Assembly: GCF_009914755.1 (NCBI RefSeq)
Contig: NC_060944.1
Strand: one strand, 5' to 3'
DNA: 64,000 nt
Source of the DNA: the human T2T-CHM13v2.0 reference genome, Homo sapiens
The notes below the pieces were generated by a model. That model worked only from the letters and a program-made list of their open reading frames with translations. It did no database searches and was not told where the DNA came from. This document shows positions 1 to 11,926 of this stretch, piece by piece. Positions within the stretch are counted from its first letter, which is position 1. The number at the start of each line of letters is the position of its first letter. The translations under genes were made by a program, and so were the position numbers.

Positions 1-1339
1 TACTCATGTCCCCCACACACCAACATCTTTTATTTGATTTCTCACGTTAAATAAAAAGTTTAAAATTAAATCAGAAATATTATCTGAACATTTTCATTCC
101 CTCTCAAGTACTTTATATTTACACATTTTCATTTTTATTGCCTCATTTTTCTAACAGAACAGATATTCTAGTTTTGATTTTCATGAGAAGTACTGTCAGG
201 AACAGTGAATGACAATCTGTAGGTGGAGAGACTCCTCTTGGATTTCCTCTGTAGCCTCTGACAAAGGAGATACAGTGTCCTATATTTAAAGAAATTAAAG
301 TTCCTGAAGTTCTATATATTCCTCTCAACAACTACATTCTACAGCGTCTCAGGTAAGTATTTCTGAATTACATAAAAATGTTCAAGATACTTGGGATTCA
401 GTAATGGAAGAAAAAGAATTTCTTTCTTTCTGTAAGATTTCATTTTCGTAAAGAACAAGCATCATCATTTCCCCTTACAACTTTTTTGGAGAGAGTCTCA
501 TGTTGAAAAGCGTGACTGCACCAAAAATAATCTTTCTGCAAAACCATAAAAATTGGTGAAACCATTCTGGTTAAAGATGGTGGAGCAATGACTCGATTTG
601 TTCCTCTCACCTTCTTCAAAAGCACTGCTACCACCGCAAACACTGTCTCTGAACTGGGAAACCGCCACAGCTCAAACTGTCGGCCAGGCAGCAGCATCCA
701 GAAGACCATCACAGAGAGAAGAGATGACGGGAGACAAGGGTGGCCTGCCACCCTCACCCTCACCTGCATTCTGCCTATGCTAAATATGGGGATGAGAAAA
801 AGATCAGGATGCAATTCCACTCAAGGAGGAAGGCGAGCAGGGGCTGTGAGAGGAGGAGCCTGGGGAAGTCCCTGTCTCCAGAGACAGAGGCAGGAGACGC
901 CAGAGAGCAAGCGTTTGGCTTTATCGCCCACAGCCAGCAACTCCACAGCCCCCATGAACCAGAAAACAAGAGAAGATGTGTCTCAAAGTGAAGGAAAAAA
1001 TTGGTGAAAACAGTTTCAGGACAATTCTAAGTGGTCTGCGCATGCCATAGCTGCCCTCCTCCTCCCCAGCTTCTGCCCCTCCTTGCTCCCACAAAGTACT
1101 GGTGTTTTCCCACAACAATTAGTCCACTTCCCTTAAAGATGAGAAATAATTAGAAGGAACCAAAACTGAAACTATGTGTAAAAAGGGTGAGGTGAGGTGA
1201 CATTGAATGAAACATAAGCAAAAGGCAGCTCAAGAGGATACACCGTAAGTGGGATCAGCCAAAGCTACCCAGGAGGAATTCAGAGAATAAATAGTCACGT
1301 AGGAACCATAAAATCCATCTCTAAATAGAGCCCAAAGAA

Positions 1340-2355
1340 GTAAATAATACACACATTGAAAGAAGAGAAAATAAGGGTAATAAAGAGGAAGCAAAGCGAG
1401 CCAGTTCTTGGAGAAACGGCTGATTCCAGGATGGGGCAGGGAATACACACGACGAGCCTGAAGCAACCTATGGCGCCAGAAAGCACAAAGTGCTTGAAAA
1501 CAAAAACACAAGACGCGGTGTCTCAAAGGAACACAGACATCAAGTGAAAGAGCTCCCAGTGGCCAAAGCTGAGACAATTTGAAAAAGAAAATTAAAAAGT
1601 ATTGGTGGATAACCCAAAATAGAATAATTGAATAAATAAATAAATGGGGGATTCAGATTCACTTTGAAAAATAAAATAAAGTATTGGTGGGTAACCCAAA
1701 ATACAATGACAGAATTAAATAAATAAATGGGTAACTCAACTATCAATTCAGAATAATTCCAAATAATTTATGTAGATGTTTCACCCTCAAGAAAGTAGCC
1801 CATTATTTCCCCACTCCTGAAATGTGTGCTATGCATAGTGACTTCCTTCCAAATAATACAGTGTGGAAAGGAAGAAAAACAAGCAACTCTACAGTAGAGA
1901 AACTTCAGCCACGTGATCAAGTATCAACAGTGGTAAGACATACTGATAGTATATATCCTTGAGATGATATGATAAAAATGGCATTTTTACCTCTGCGGTC
2001 TCCCTCCCAAAAATGCATAACAAGTCTTCCTCAAGAGTGTCAAGGTCACTGAAAACAAGGCAAGTATAAGAAACTGTCACAGTGAAGAGGGGCCTATGGA
2101 GACGTAATGACTAAATATAATGGGGTGTCCTGGGTGGGATCCTGGAACAGAAAAAGGCCATTAGGTAAAAACTAAGAAAATATCAATAAAGTATAGACAT
2201 TAGTTAATAATAATGTACCAGTATTGGCTCACTAGTTATGACAAATGTACTATACTAATGGCAGATGTTAATACTAGGGGAAACTGAGTATGGTATATAA
2301 GAACTCTGTACTATCTTCAGATTTTTTTCTATTAATCTAAAAGTATTCTAAAATA
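1340..2355 (+). mobile_element. Old LINE-1 3' end (L1MC/L1MD type)
   Basis: Matches recalled consensus segments, e.g. ggatcctggaacagaaaaagg..cattaggtaaaaactaag and the terminal tctaaaa.tattctaaaata. Confidence 0.75.
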
Positions 2356-3315
2356 GGACTTCTGGTTTCTGATCCTACACACGAGGAGCTGAAAAGTTAC
2401 TCCTGTCCTCATGACAAGAAAAAAGCTGAAAAATAAATGAAGATCAACAACTCTTTTTAGATCCAGTGGAGAAGTGAGATCACAGGGCAAACTACTGCCC
2501 TCAGACTGCAGAGACAGACAGGTGGACACAGAGAATCATAACTCAGCCTGGCACTGAGGCCTGCTGCTAGAGCCAGTATTGGTAGAAACACTATGAACAG
2601 TAATTCCAGAATCTCTGGAGGCTCAAATATAGACTAGTGTGATTGTTAAAATCTCTGAGGGGGGCCAGTCTTGAGGAAGGTCTCCACGCTTTTGAGCGTT
2701 TTACTTCCAGGAGCCCCACCAGGTTCTCACTGTGAAGTTGGATTCTAGTTTTCAAATGATGTGTTCTCACTGTGACATTAGGGGATTGAGCAGGGGAAGG
2801 AAAAAGTAACCATTTTTAAATATTCCCAGAGCTCTCTGTTCTCCTTCACAAGGCTCGCTCTTAAGAGAAAGTGTTTTACCAGAACCTAACTACCTTAGGT
2901 TTTGCCAGAGCCTAACCGACCAGGGCTAAATGAAACACTCAACGCAGGCTCATGAAAAGACTGCAAACTACCCTAGGACTATAGAAGGCTTCCTCTCACC
3001 ATACCTTACCATCACATCATGGGGCTGCTGTGTAACAGGGATTACAGCTGAAATAACTGTAAGCCTCAGACCCTATTTTAAAAGACTCCAGGAAAGCCCA
3101 AAGACAACAATGGAAGACAAAAACAAGGGCACTACAGGAAATTTTAGCCTCTGACACCACATCGACATCAACCAATAAACCTAGCCTATATCTTAGCCAG
3201 ATAAACATAAAACCTCGCACTAAAAATCAATCTACCTCAATTCCTTTTACCCAATATATAGTGTCTAGCTTTCAACAAAATATTACAAGGCAAATTAAAA
3301 GGCAAAAACACAGTC
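2356..3315 (+). mobile_element. Old LINE-1 5' region (L1M, L1MD-like 5' end)
   Basis: Begins ggacttctggttt...acaagaaaaaagctgaa...cacagggcaaact; ends ctttcaacaaaatattacaagg, typical of the L1M 5'UTR/ORF1 start. Confidence 0.6.
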
Positions 3316-5134
3316 TAAAGCTATTCTAAAATGAAAAAAAAAACTTTAAAAAAATCAGTGCCTCTGCACCCTCCTTCCTTCCACAAAAAAATGTGAGCCA
3401 GCAGGACTTAAGAAAGAGGTGGAAGAAACAAAAACACGATGGGAATGAAAGCCCCAGTAGAAGGAACAAGTGCAGAACAAGCACAATAAAAACAGATTAG
3501 CACGCAGCACACAGAGCGGAGAAAATAACAACACAAAATAAAATGTGATAAAAGAAATGTGACCCAAAAAGTTTATATCTAACCAAAGGGTCTTTCAAGT
3601 GCCACAAATACACATTCTGAAGCAGATAAGAACTCAGATAAAACACATCAAGGTGCATCTTTCAAAAACATACTGAATGACCAAAAATATCCAACCACAA
3701 GATAGCACAATGTAAAGATCTCAGAATATAACTTAAAAAATTTGGGAGGTGGGAGAAAATAAAGTTAATTTTATCTCTGTTAGAAGAGTCACTTAGTAAT
3801 TTATAAAATGGAAACACATCATTTGAAAACTAGTGACCTTAACATTTCAATTTAAAAAATAATCTTAGAGTCACATATATTTTAGAGACAATATATCATG
3901 TGGTGAAGAAAATTTAATTTGAAGTTCAGCAATTTCTTCAGTTTTCATTTTCTTTCACTTCTGTTCAAGTAAAATTAAATGTAATGTTTATACTTAAAAA
4001 TACCATATCTAGAATAAACACAATGTCGTAAAGTTATTTCACTCTTTTCCCTATTCTTCGATTTTAATTTCTTTTTTGTCAATCTACATCTCCATCCTCT
4101 TATCTGTGCCTATTCATTTAGATACTTAAAATAATGTTCATTAAATGGTAACATTAATCATATTTATAGAATCATTTTGGGATAATCTGTTCCTTTTTTT
4201 CTTATATTTCCTTGTATTATGTAAAATTTTTATAAATGAACATGCATCATTTTTATAGAAACAGTAAAAAGTGATTATTCTTTTTACAAATTTAATGGAA
4301 GAGTTAAATTAACACCATATGTCTTTTTCTTTTAATAACCTAAGATTTGGGGCAACTGGATTTCAAGTCTCAGCTTAGCAAATAGCTGGTTGTATAATCT
4401 GGAGCAATGTATAAAAACTTCTCTAGTTCCTAGTTTCATCATCGTGAAAATGAAGAAATTGAACCAAGATGTTTAAGTTTCATTTCAGTTCTGAAATTCT
4501 ATAACTCAGATGCTGATGATTAAAATCTCCCTACACAGCGTTAGAAGTAACACTTTAGATACCATGGAGATATTTTACCTATTATCTTGGCTATACTGCT
4601 TTTGAGGAAGGTATCTTACTTCCTATGAAATCTTCACAGTATTCTCATTTGAAGTAAGGCTCAGATGTGCAGAAGGAAAATGGGGCCTGATATAATAATG
4701 AAACATATTATTTTTTCAAGAGGTTGTAGAACAGAAAAAGGACAGACACAAACAGAAATGCAGTATTCATGAGAAAACCCTTAAAATGGCATCTTTTCCT
4801 GTTATAGCTATTATCCTTACAGCAGGAGTGGGAAATGATGCAAAGATATTTGAGCTTTTATGGGAAAACTGTGTATTAAAGTTAAAAATGATGACTGAGG
4901 TCAAATAAATTGGATATTTGTGACAGATATGATAGGCCTAGAGAATGCTGAAGGAGAGCTTAACAACAGCCCTATGGCCTACTTTGTCTCATTATGAAAT
5001 TTGGTTATGTAGAGTAAAACACAGGAAACAAACAAATGAGGATTACAATAGCATATTTCTTAGGCCTAAGAAAAGCATAATGGCAAGCTTGTTTTGCAAT
5101 TCGGTGAATAAAATATATTCAAAAGACAAAAGAC

Positions 5135-5186
5135 AAAATTCCTATGGAACCAAAAAAGAGCCCACACAGCCAAAGCAAGACTAAGC
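5135..5186 (+). mobile_element. Isolated 52-bp L1 ORF2 fragment
   Basis: 49/52 identical to 8769-8819 of the neighbouring L1PB. Confidence 0.85.
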
Positions 5187-7661
5187 CACTAAAAAATGAA
5201 ATCAATAATTTGAGGCCTACCGATTTCCAATGAAATTTGTCTTTCCCTTCTTCAGTGCTTGTGAAGTCTAAAAACCCAAGTAATTAGCTTTATTTTGGAT
5301 GTTCAACCACCAAGCCTCTACATTTTTGGTTGAAAAATAGATCTATATGAAGAATTTTCAAAAGAGTAAGCTAAGACAATTAGTATTTACTTAAATCTTA
5401 TAAGCTATTTTATAATATAAATTATTTTATAATTATTCGTGAATCCCAGGGTTGGGAATTATGAAAGCGTTGAGTATCATCCATCTAGCAAGTTAGCTAG
5501 CTATATGTATATGTATGCATATTAGAAATATAGTCAGCATTCTCTCTGCTGATACTGTAATATTTCTTAATGATCTCAGAGTGAAATTTTCATCTATAAG
5601 TTGATTTTTCTCTTTCTGATTCCCGGTGAACTGACACAGCCCAATTTTCTTCTAAGAGTTATCAGGCTCAAATCCTGACTTCAATGTTTATTACATTATA
5701 ATAAGATAGGTCAGCCAGTCTGCTGCCATCAAGAAGACATGTAATGGAAAAATGTAATGGAAAAGTTTCCTGTTTTTGAAAGCCTTTTCTCTTGGCAAAG
5801 TTCACATTTTAGTTGAGCCAGACCCTGTATTAAGTGCAGGTGGTCTTGGAGGCAACAGACAGTATAAGCCATTTTGATAAATGGCATCGCTATTACTTTG
5901 GATATAAATAATGGCAGCCCTAAAATATAGAAAAGAAATTAAAATGGGTAATAAAAAGCCTTGCCTATCTTTTATGATTTTTAACAACTGAGCAGCTAAA
6001 ACTGGGTTATAAATCACTGAAAGGAAATTGAGAACTAATAAAGTTGTGGAGTCTTTACTAATAAAAGGAAAACATTTGACTTCTGTTAACACCTGATAAA
6101 AGTGTACTCTGTTGTCATTCCTCATTTACTAGTCATTTTCTTTACTCCTGTGATATTTGGCTATCTAACTTTTACCCAATTTTTAAAGATTAGAAGAAAA
6201 AATACAACATAGCACTCGAATTGGTCAAATCTGCTATAACCTGTCTTTTGCAAGTAAACCCACCTACATGGTAACTAGCAGCTTTTGAAACATCTGCACC
6301 CTAAAGGTTTGTGGCTGTAAATTTAAGCCATTCTAGCTTTTGAGAAATGCAAATAATAAAAACTCATCAAAAGGCTCCATAATTCTCACATCTGACTAGA
6401 TGGAAGCATTTCTGACTACTCCAAATTAATAGCAGCTCCCAAGGCCTTATAAGAAGAGCTGTCACTGAGAAATATACTCACAAACAAATAAGCAATTCTC
6501 TTCCAAGTTTGATTTGTTAAAGGCATAAAGCAGCAACTCTTCAGGACAACCTAGCTGGATTATGAAGGGAGTGATGAGCTACCTTTAGACTCCTGATAGG
6601 GTAACTTAAGCCCATACCACACAATATTTATGAACATCTCTTCTGACCCTAGACCAGAGTCTGCAACATACTAGACCCTCCTGAAGTATCAGCTGACTGA
6701 AGGAACAGACAGAATTCATTGTTGGTGGTCAATATGAAGCAGCCAGTGATTAAAGTCAGAATATATCCCTAACAGAAGCTGCTGTCCTGTTGTCACCAAA
6801 AAGCTAAAACTTAGAGTCATCCTAGATATAAAATCAAATTTGGAAACATAGTTAGCACTACACCATCTTTCAGTTATATTTGGTATAAATATTGTAACTT
6901 TTCCACATGAAGTCTCATTTTCCCCAAAGCCCGGTGTCAGTTTCATTCAGGCATGACCCAGTGAACGTAAACTTGAGGACATTCATATGTGCCACAAACA
7001 TTTTTTAAAGTGAAAGATACTTCAGATCTGTGAATATTAAATATTTCATTTTTAAGAACAAATATGCAGATGAAGTAACTAAAGTGTATTTTCCATTTCT
7101 TACTACGATTTGAATTGTTGCAGAGACAGACATGACAGGAACCTGTCATTGTTATCATCCATGGAGACTTGCTATGTAACAGATTTTTACAGGGGGCAGG
7201 CTTTCTTTTCTTTGGTCTCATCTAGAGAATTCTGTGAATTTTCCCTTTTAAAGTGAACATGGCCATGGAGAGGGAGGTTCAGACAAAGAGCATGGGACCA
7301 GGAATTAGGAGACATGAACCTTGCCCCATGTCCTAAATCTTGGTGTGACCTTAACAAAACTCTCCATAGGTATTTGATTCCTCATATCTAAAATGAAAAC
7401 TGGACTATTCAGTCATTAAGATCCCTCAGGGTGCTGGCATTTCACAATGTGCAAACAGTTCCAAGCTCATTGCTGTGGAAGTTTCCTTGTTTATTGCAGA
7501 GGAAAGAGTAATAAAGTCCACATCTTTGGTGATCAAAGAGACAATTAACATTTCTTCTCCACTGTCTAGGTTTGAATGAGTCTGTCATTAATTTTGACAA
7601 GAATATTTGTCACTGGAAATCATCTTTTAGATCTGGTGCTTTACACTAATGAAAAATCAAC

Positions 7662-10419
7662 CCGCAGCTGAATTCTATCAGACATTCAAAGAAGAAATGG
7701 TATCCATCCTATTGAAACTATTCCAAAAGATAGAGAAAGAGGGAATCCACCCTAAAGCATTCTTTAAAACCAGTATCACCCTAATACCAAAACCAGGAAA
7801 GAACATAACAACTAAAAAAGAAAACTACAGGCCAATATCCCTGATGAACATAGATGCAAAAATCCTCAACAAAATACTAGCTAACCAAATCCAACAGCGT
7901 ATCAAAAAGATAATCCACCACGATCAAGTGGGTTTCATACCAGGGATGCAGAGAAGGTTTAACATACCCAAGTCAATAAATGTGACACACCACATAAACA
8001 GGATTGAAAACAAAAATCCCATGATCATCTCAAGAGATGCAGAAAAGGGATTTGACAAAATCCAGCATCGCTTTATGATTAAAACCCTCAGGAAAATCGG
8101 CATAGAAGGGACACACCTTAAGTTAGTAAAAGCCATCTATGACAAACCCACATCCAACAATATACTGAACAGAGAAAAGGTGAAAGCATTCCCACTGAGA
8201 ACTGGAGCAAGACAAGGGGGATGCACACTTTCACCAATTCTATTCAGCATAGTACTAGAAGTCCTAGCCAGAGCAATCAGACAAGAGAAAGAAAGAAAGG
8301 GCATCCAAATCAGAAACAGGAAGTCAAACTGTCACTGTTCACGATGATATAATTGTATGCCTAGAAAACCCTGAAGACTCATCCAAAAAGCTCCTAGATC
8401 TGATAAATGAATTCAGTAAAGTTTCAGGATACAAAATGAATGTATACAAATCACTAGTGCTGCTATATACCAACAGCAACCAAGCGGAGAATCAAATCAA
8501 GAAATCAACCCCTTTTACAATAGCTGAAAAAAAAAAAACTTAGAAATGTGAATAGGAAGTGAAAGACCTCTACAAGGAAAACTACAAAACACTGCTGAAA
8601 GAAATTATAGATGACACAAACAAATGGAAACACATCCCATGCTCATAAATGGGTAGAATCAATATTGTGAAAATGACCATACTGACAAAAGCAATCTACA
8701 AATTCAATGCAATTCCCATCAAAATACCATCATCATTTTTCACAGAACTAGAAAAGAAAAAAAACCCTAAAATTCCTATGGAACCAAAAAGGAGCCCACA
8801 TAGCCAAAGCAAGACTAGCAAAAAGAACAAATCTAGAGGTGTCACTTTACCCAACTTCAAACTATACTATAAGGCTACAGTCACCAAAACAGCATGTTAC
8901 TGGTATAAAAATAGGCACATAGACCAACACAACAGAATAGAGAACCCAGAAATAAACCCAAATACTTACAGCCAACTGATCTTTGACAAAGCAAATAAAA
9001 ACATAAAGTGGGGACAGGACACCTTATTCAACAAATGGGGCTGGGATAATTGGCAAGCCACAGGTAGAAGAATGAAACTGGATCATCAGCTCTCATCCTA
9101 TATGCAAATCAACTCAGGATGAATCAAAGACTTAAATAGAAGACCTGAAACCATAAAAATTCTAGAAGATAACATTGGAAGAACTCTTCTGGACATTGGT
9201 TTAGGCAAAGCCTTCATGACCAAGAACCCAAAAGCAAATGCAACAAAAAAAAAAAGATAAATAGATGGGACTTAATTAAACTAAAAAGCTTCTGCACAGC
9301 AAAAGAAATAATCAGCAGAATAAACAGACAGCCCATAGAGTGGGAGAAAATCTTTGCAAACTATGTATTCGACAAAGGAATAATATCCAGAATCTATAAG
9401 GAGCTCAAAGAAATCAGCAAAAAAAAAAGAAAAAGAAAAAAAAACCCAAATAATCCCATCAAAAAGTGGGCTAAGGACATGAATAGACAATTCTCAAAAG
9501 AAGATACACAAATGGCCAACAAACTTATGAAAAAATGCTCAACATCACTAATTATCAGTTAAATGCAAATCAAACCCACAATGCGATACCGCCTTACTCC
9601 TGCAAGGATGGCCATAATTTAAAAAATCAAAAAAATAAAAGATGTTGGCATGGATGTGGTAAAAAGGGAACACTTTTACACTTGCTGGTGGGAATGTAAA
9701 CTAGTACAACCACTATAGAAAACAGTATGGAGATTCCTTAAAGAACTAAAAGTAGATCTACCATTTGATCCAGCAAGCCTACTACTGGGTATCGACCCAG
9801 AGGAAAAGAAGTCATTATATGAAAAAGACACTTGCACACACATGTTTATAGCAGCACAACACTTCAAAATTGCAAAAACATGGAATCAGCCCAAATGCCC
9901 ATCAACCAAGTGGATAAAGAAAATGTTATATATATATATATATAACATATATATGTGTGTACGTGTATGTGTATGCATATATGTGTGTGTATATATATAC
10001 ACACACACATATATATGTATGTATATGTATACATGTACACACACACACACACACACACACACCATGGAATACTACTCAGCCATAAAAAGAAACAAGATAA
10101 TGGCATTTGCAGCAACCTGGATGGAATTGGAGACCATTATCCTAAGTGAAGTACCTCAGGAATGAAAAACCAAACATCGTATGTTCTCACTCATAAGTGG
10201 GAGCTAAACTATGAGGAAACATGATACAATGGACTTCGGGGACTCAGGGGAAAGGGTGGGAGGGGGGATTAGGGATAATAGACTACACATTGGGTACAGT
10301 TTACACTGCTCAAGTGATGGGTATACCAAAATCTCAGAAATCGCCACTAACCACTAATGAACTTATCCATGTAACCAAACACACCTGTTTCCCAAACATC
10401 TATTGAAATAAAAAAAAAA
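7662..10419 (+). mobile_element. 5'-truncated L1PB (probably L1PB1) with degenerate ORF2 RT/C-terminal region, 3'UTR and A-tail
   Basis: ORF fragments 7649-8347 ([29 protein letters not shown]) and 8649-9122 (GRINIVKM). Target-site duplication aaaaatcaac at 7652-7661 and 10415-10424. Confidence 0.95.
9927..10062. repeat. Compound (TA)n/(TG)n/(CA)n microsatellite inside the L1PB
   Basis: Alternating purine-pyrimidine run seen directly. Confidence 0.95.
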
Positions 10420-10469
10420 TCAACTAATGCTCCCAAGATAGATGCAAAAGAGGACAGCCAATGTCTTAA

Positions 10470-10646
10470 TCAGTGGTCCAGAGAACATCCTATGGAGGAT
10501 TTGCTCCCAATTACACACTCCTGAGCCCCAAGTCAGATTTACTGAATAAGAAATTCCTAGTTTGGGGCCTGAGTCTGCATATTTTGGAAAAGCTTCCCAG
10601 GTAATTTGGATGCTCATTGCGCCTCCACTCATCCTTGAAAGCAGTG
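10470..10646. mobile_element. MER5-like hAT DNA transposon fossil
   Basis: tactgaataagaa...ggggcctgagtctgcatatttt...ttcccaggtaatttggatgc. Confidence 0.6.
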
Positions 10647-11595
10647 ATTTAAATGCTAGTTATCTACCAGTTGAAGAGAATGGTGTGATAGAAACCACAC
10701 AGTGAACTACCTGGGCCTCTGATAATGTACAAGGTCAGGAAGCTGGCTGTATTCTATTTTTGTCTGCATAGCTGTTTGCTATTTAGAAATTCAAGGAGGC
10801 TGAGGGCTTGGTGCAACTGAATTTATCTAAGGCTTACTGGGTGCTCTCTGTGGCTGCAGTTGGTAGCATTATAATTTGGGTGGTGAGCAGATTTGCAATT
10901 TTTATATTAAACTTGAAATGCTAGTAATAAAACTGTTATAATGCATTTGAATAATAGATGGTCAATAGTTGTCCAAGACAAATACAAGGCCAACAGCCAA
11001 ATTCTTTTCATTTCTTTCTTTGGTGCTGCTCAGAAAATAAAGAAGGTGAGAAATGGTTCATCAGCACTAACTGAAAGTCCATCTACAAATTAAATAACCT
11101 CTTGCCTAGTCGTTTTCTTCCCTCCCACTAGTATTTACTGGGTACCCAGAGAATGCCAGATGTGAGTGAACAATTGCTCTAACACAGCAATTTTCCATTT
11201 TTATGGAAGGCTCTCAAAATATTTTTCTCTCAGCTTTGTGGGGAGAAGGGAACTCCCTAGGGATGTGGCTGATTGAGGCTGATTGTGTTTGAAACTTGGG
11301 GACTCTAATGACTCACTGCGATAACTTAGTTATGATGAAGACAAGCAACATGAACTGTTCCATGTAGCTTATACTCTCATGATGCACAGGCATCCCCTAG
11401 CACTTGTTTTGATTGTACATTTTAATACATGAAATGTCTCATTTTCAAAATTCATTCTCTTGCCTCTAAGCGCAGCAGCACAAACTGGCTTCAGAATCAT
11501 TTAGCCAAGAATATCATCAAAAGACCCTCAATGATTGATTCCAGTACTTCATCTGTTTCACAGTGAGATTTACGTCCTTGAAAAGTAAGGTTCCT

Positions 11596-11926
11596 GACTT
11601 AGTCCGTTCGGGCTGCTATAACAAAATACCTTAGACTGGGTAATTTATAAACAACAGAAATTTACTGCTCACAGTTCTGGAGGCTGTGAAGTCCAAGATC
11701 AGGGTGTAAGCAGATTCAGTACCTGCTGAGGTCTTGTTCTCCACAGATGGCCCCTTCTGTGTTCTCACATGGCAGGAGGTGGGGGCAAGCTCCCTCAGGT
11801 ACTAATCCCATTTATGAGGGTCTCATGACCTAGTCACCTCCCAAAGGCCCCATCTCTTAATACCAACAAATTGTAGGTTAAATTTCAACACAATTTAGGA
11901 GGAACACAAACATTCAGTCCATAGCA
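11596..11926 (-). mobile_element. MLT1A-family MaLR solo LTR
   Basis: ttagtccgttcgggctgctataacaaaatacc...aacattcagtccatagca. Confidence 0.85.

Noticed and set aside
440-1118. Cluster of overlapping 60-139-aa ORFs on both strands
   Set aside because: No recognisable domain or convincing splice context; expected by chance in moderately GC-rich sequence.
7649-9122. 232-aa and 157-aa reverse-transcriptase-like ORFs
   Set aside because: Frameshifted remnants of a 5'-truncated L1PB ORF2; not an active element or host gene.
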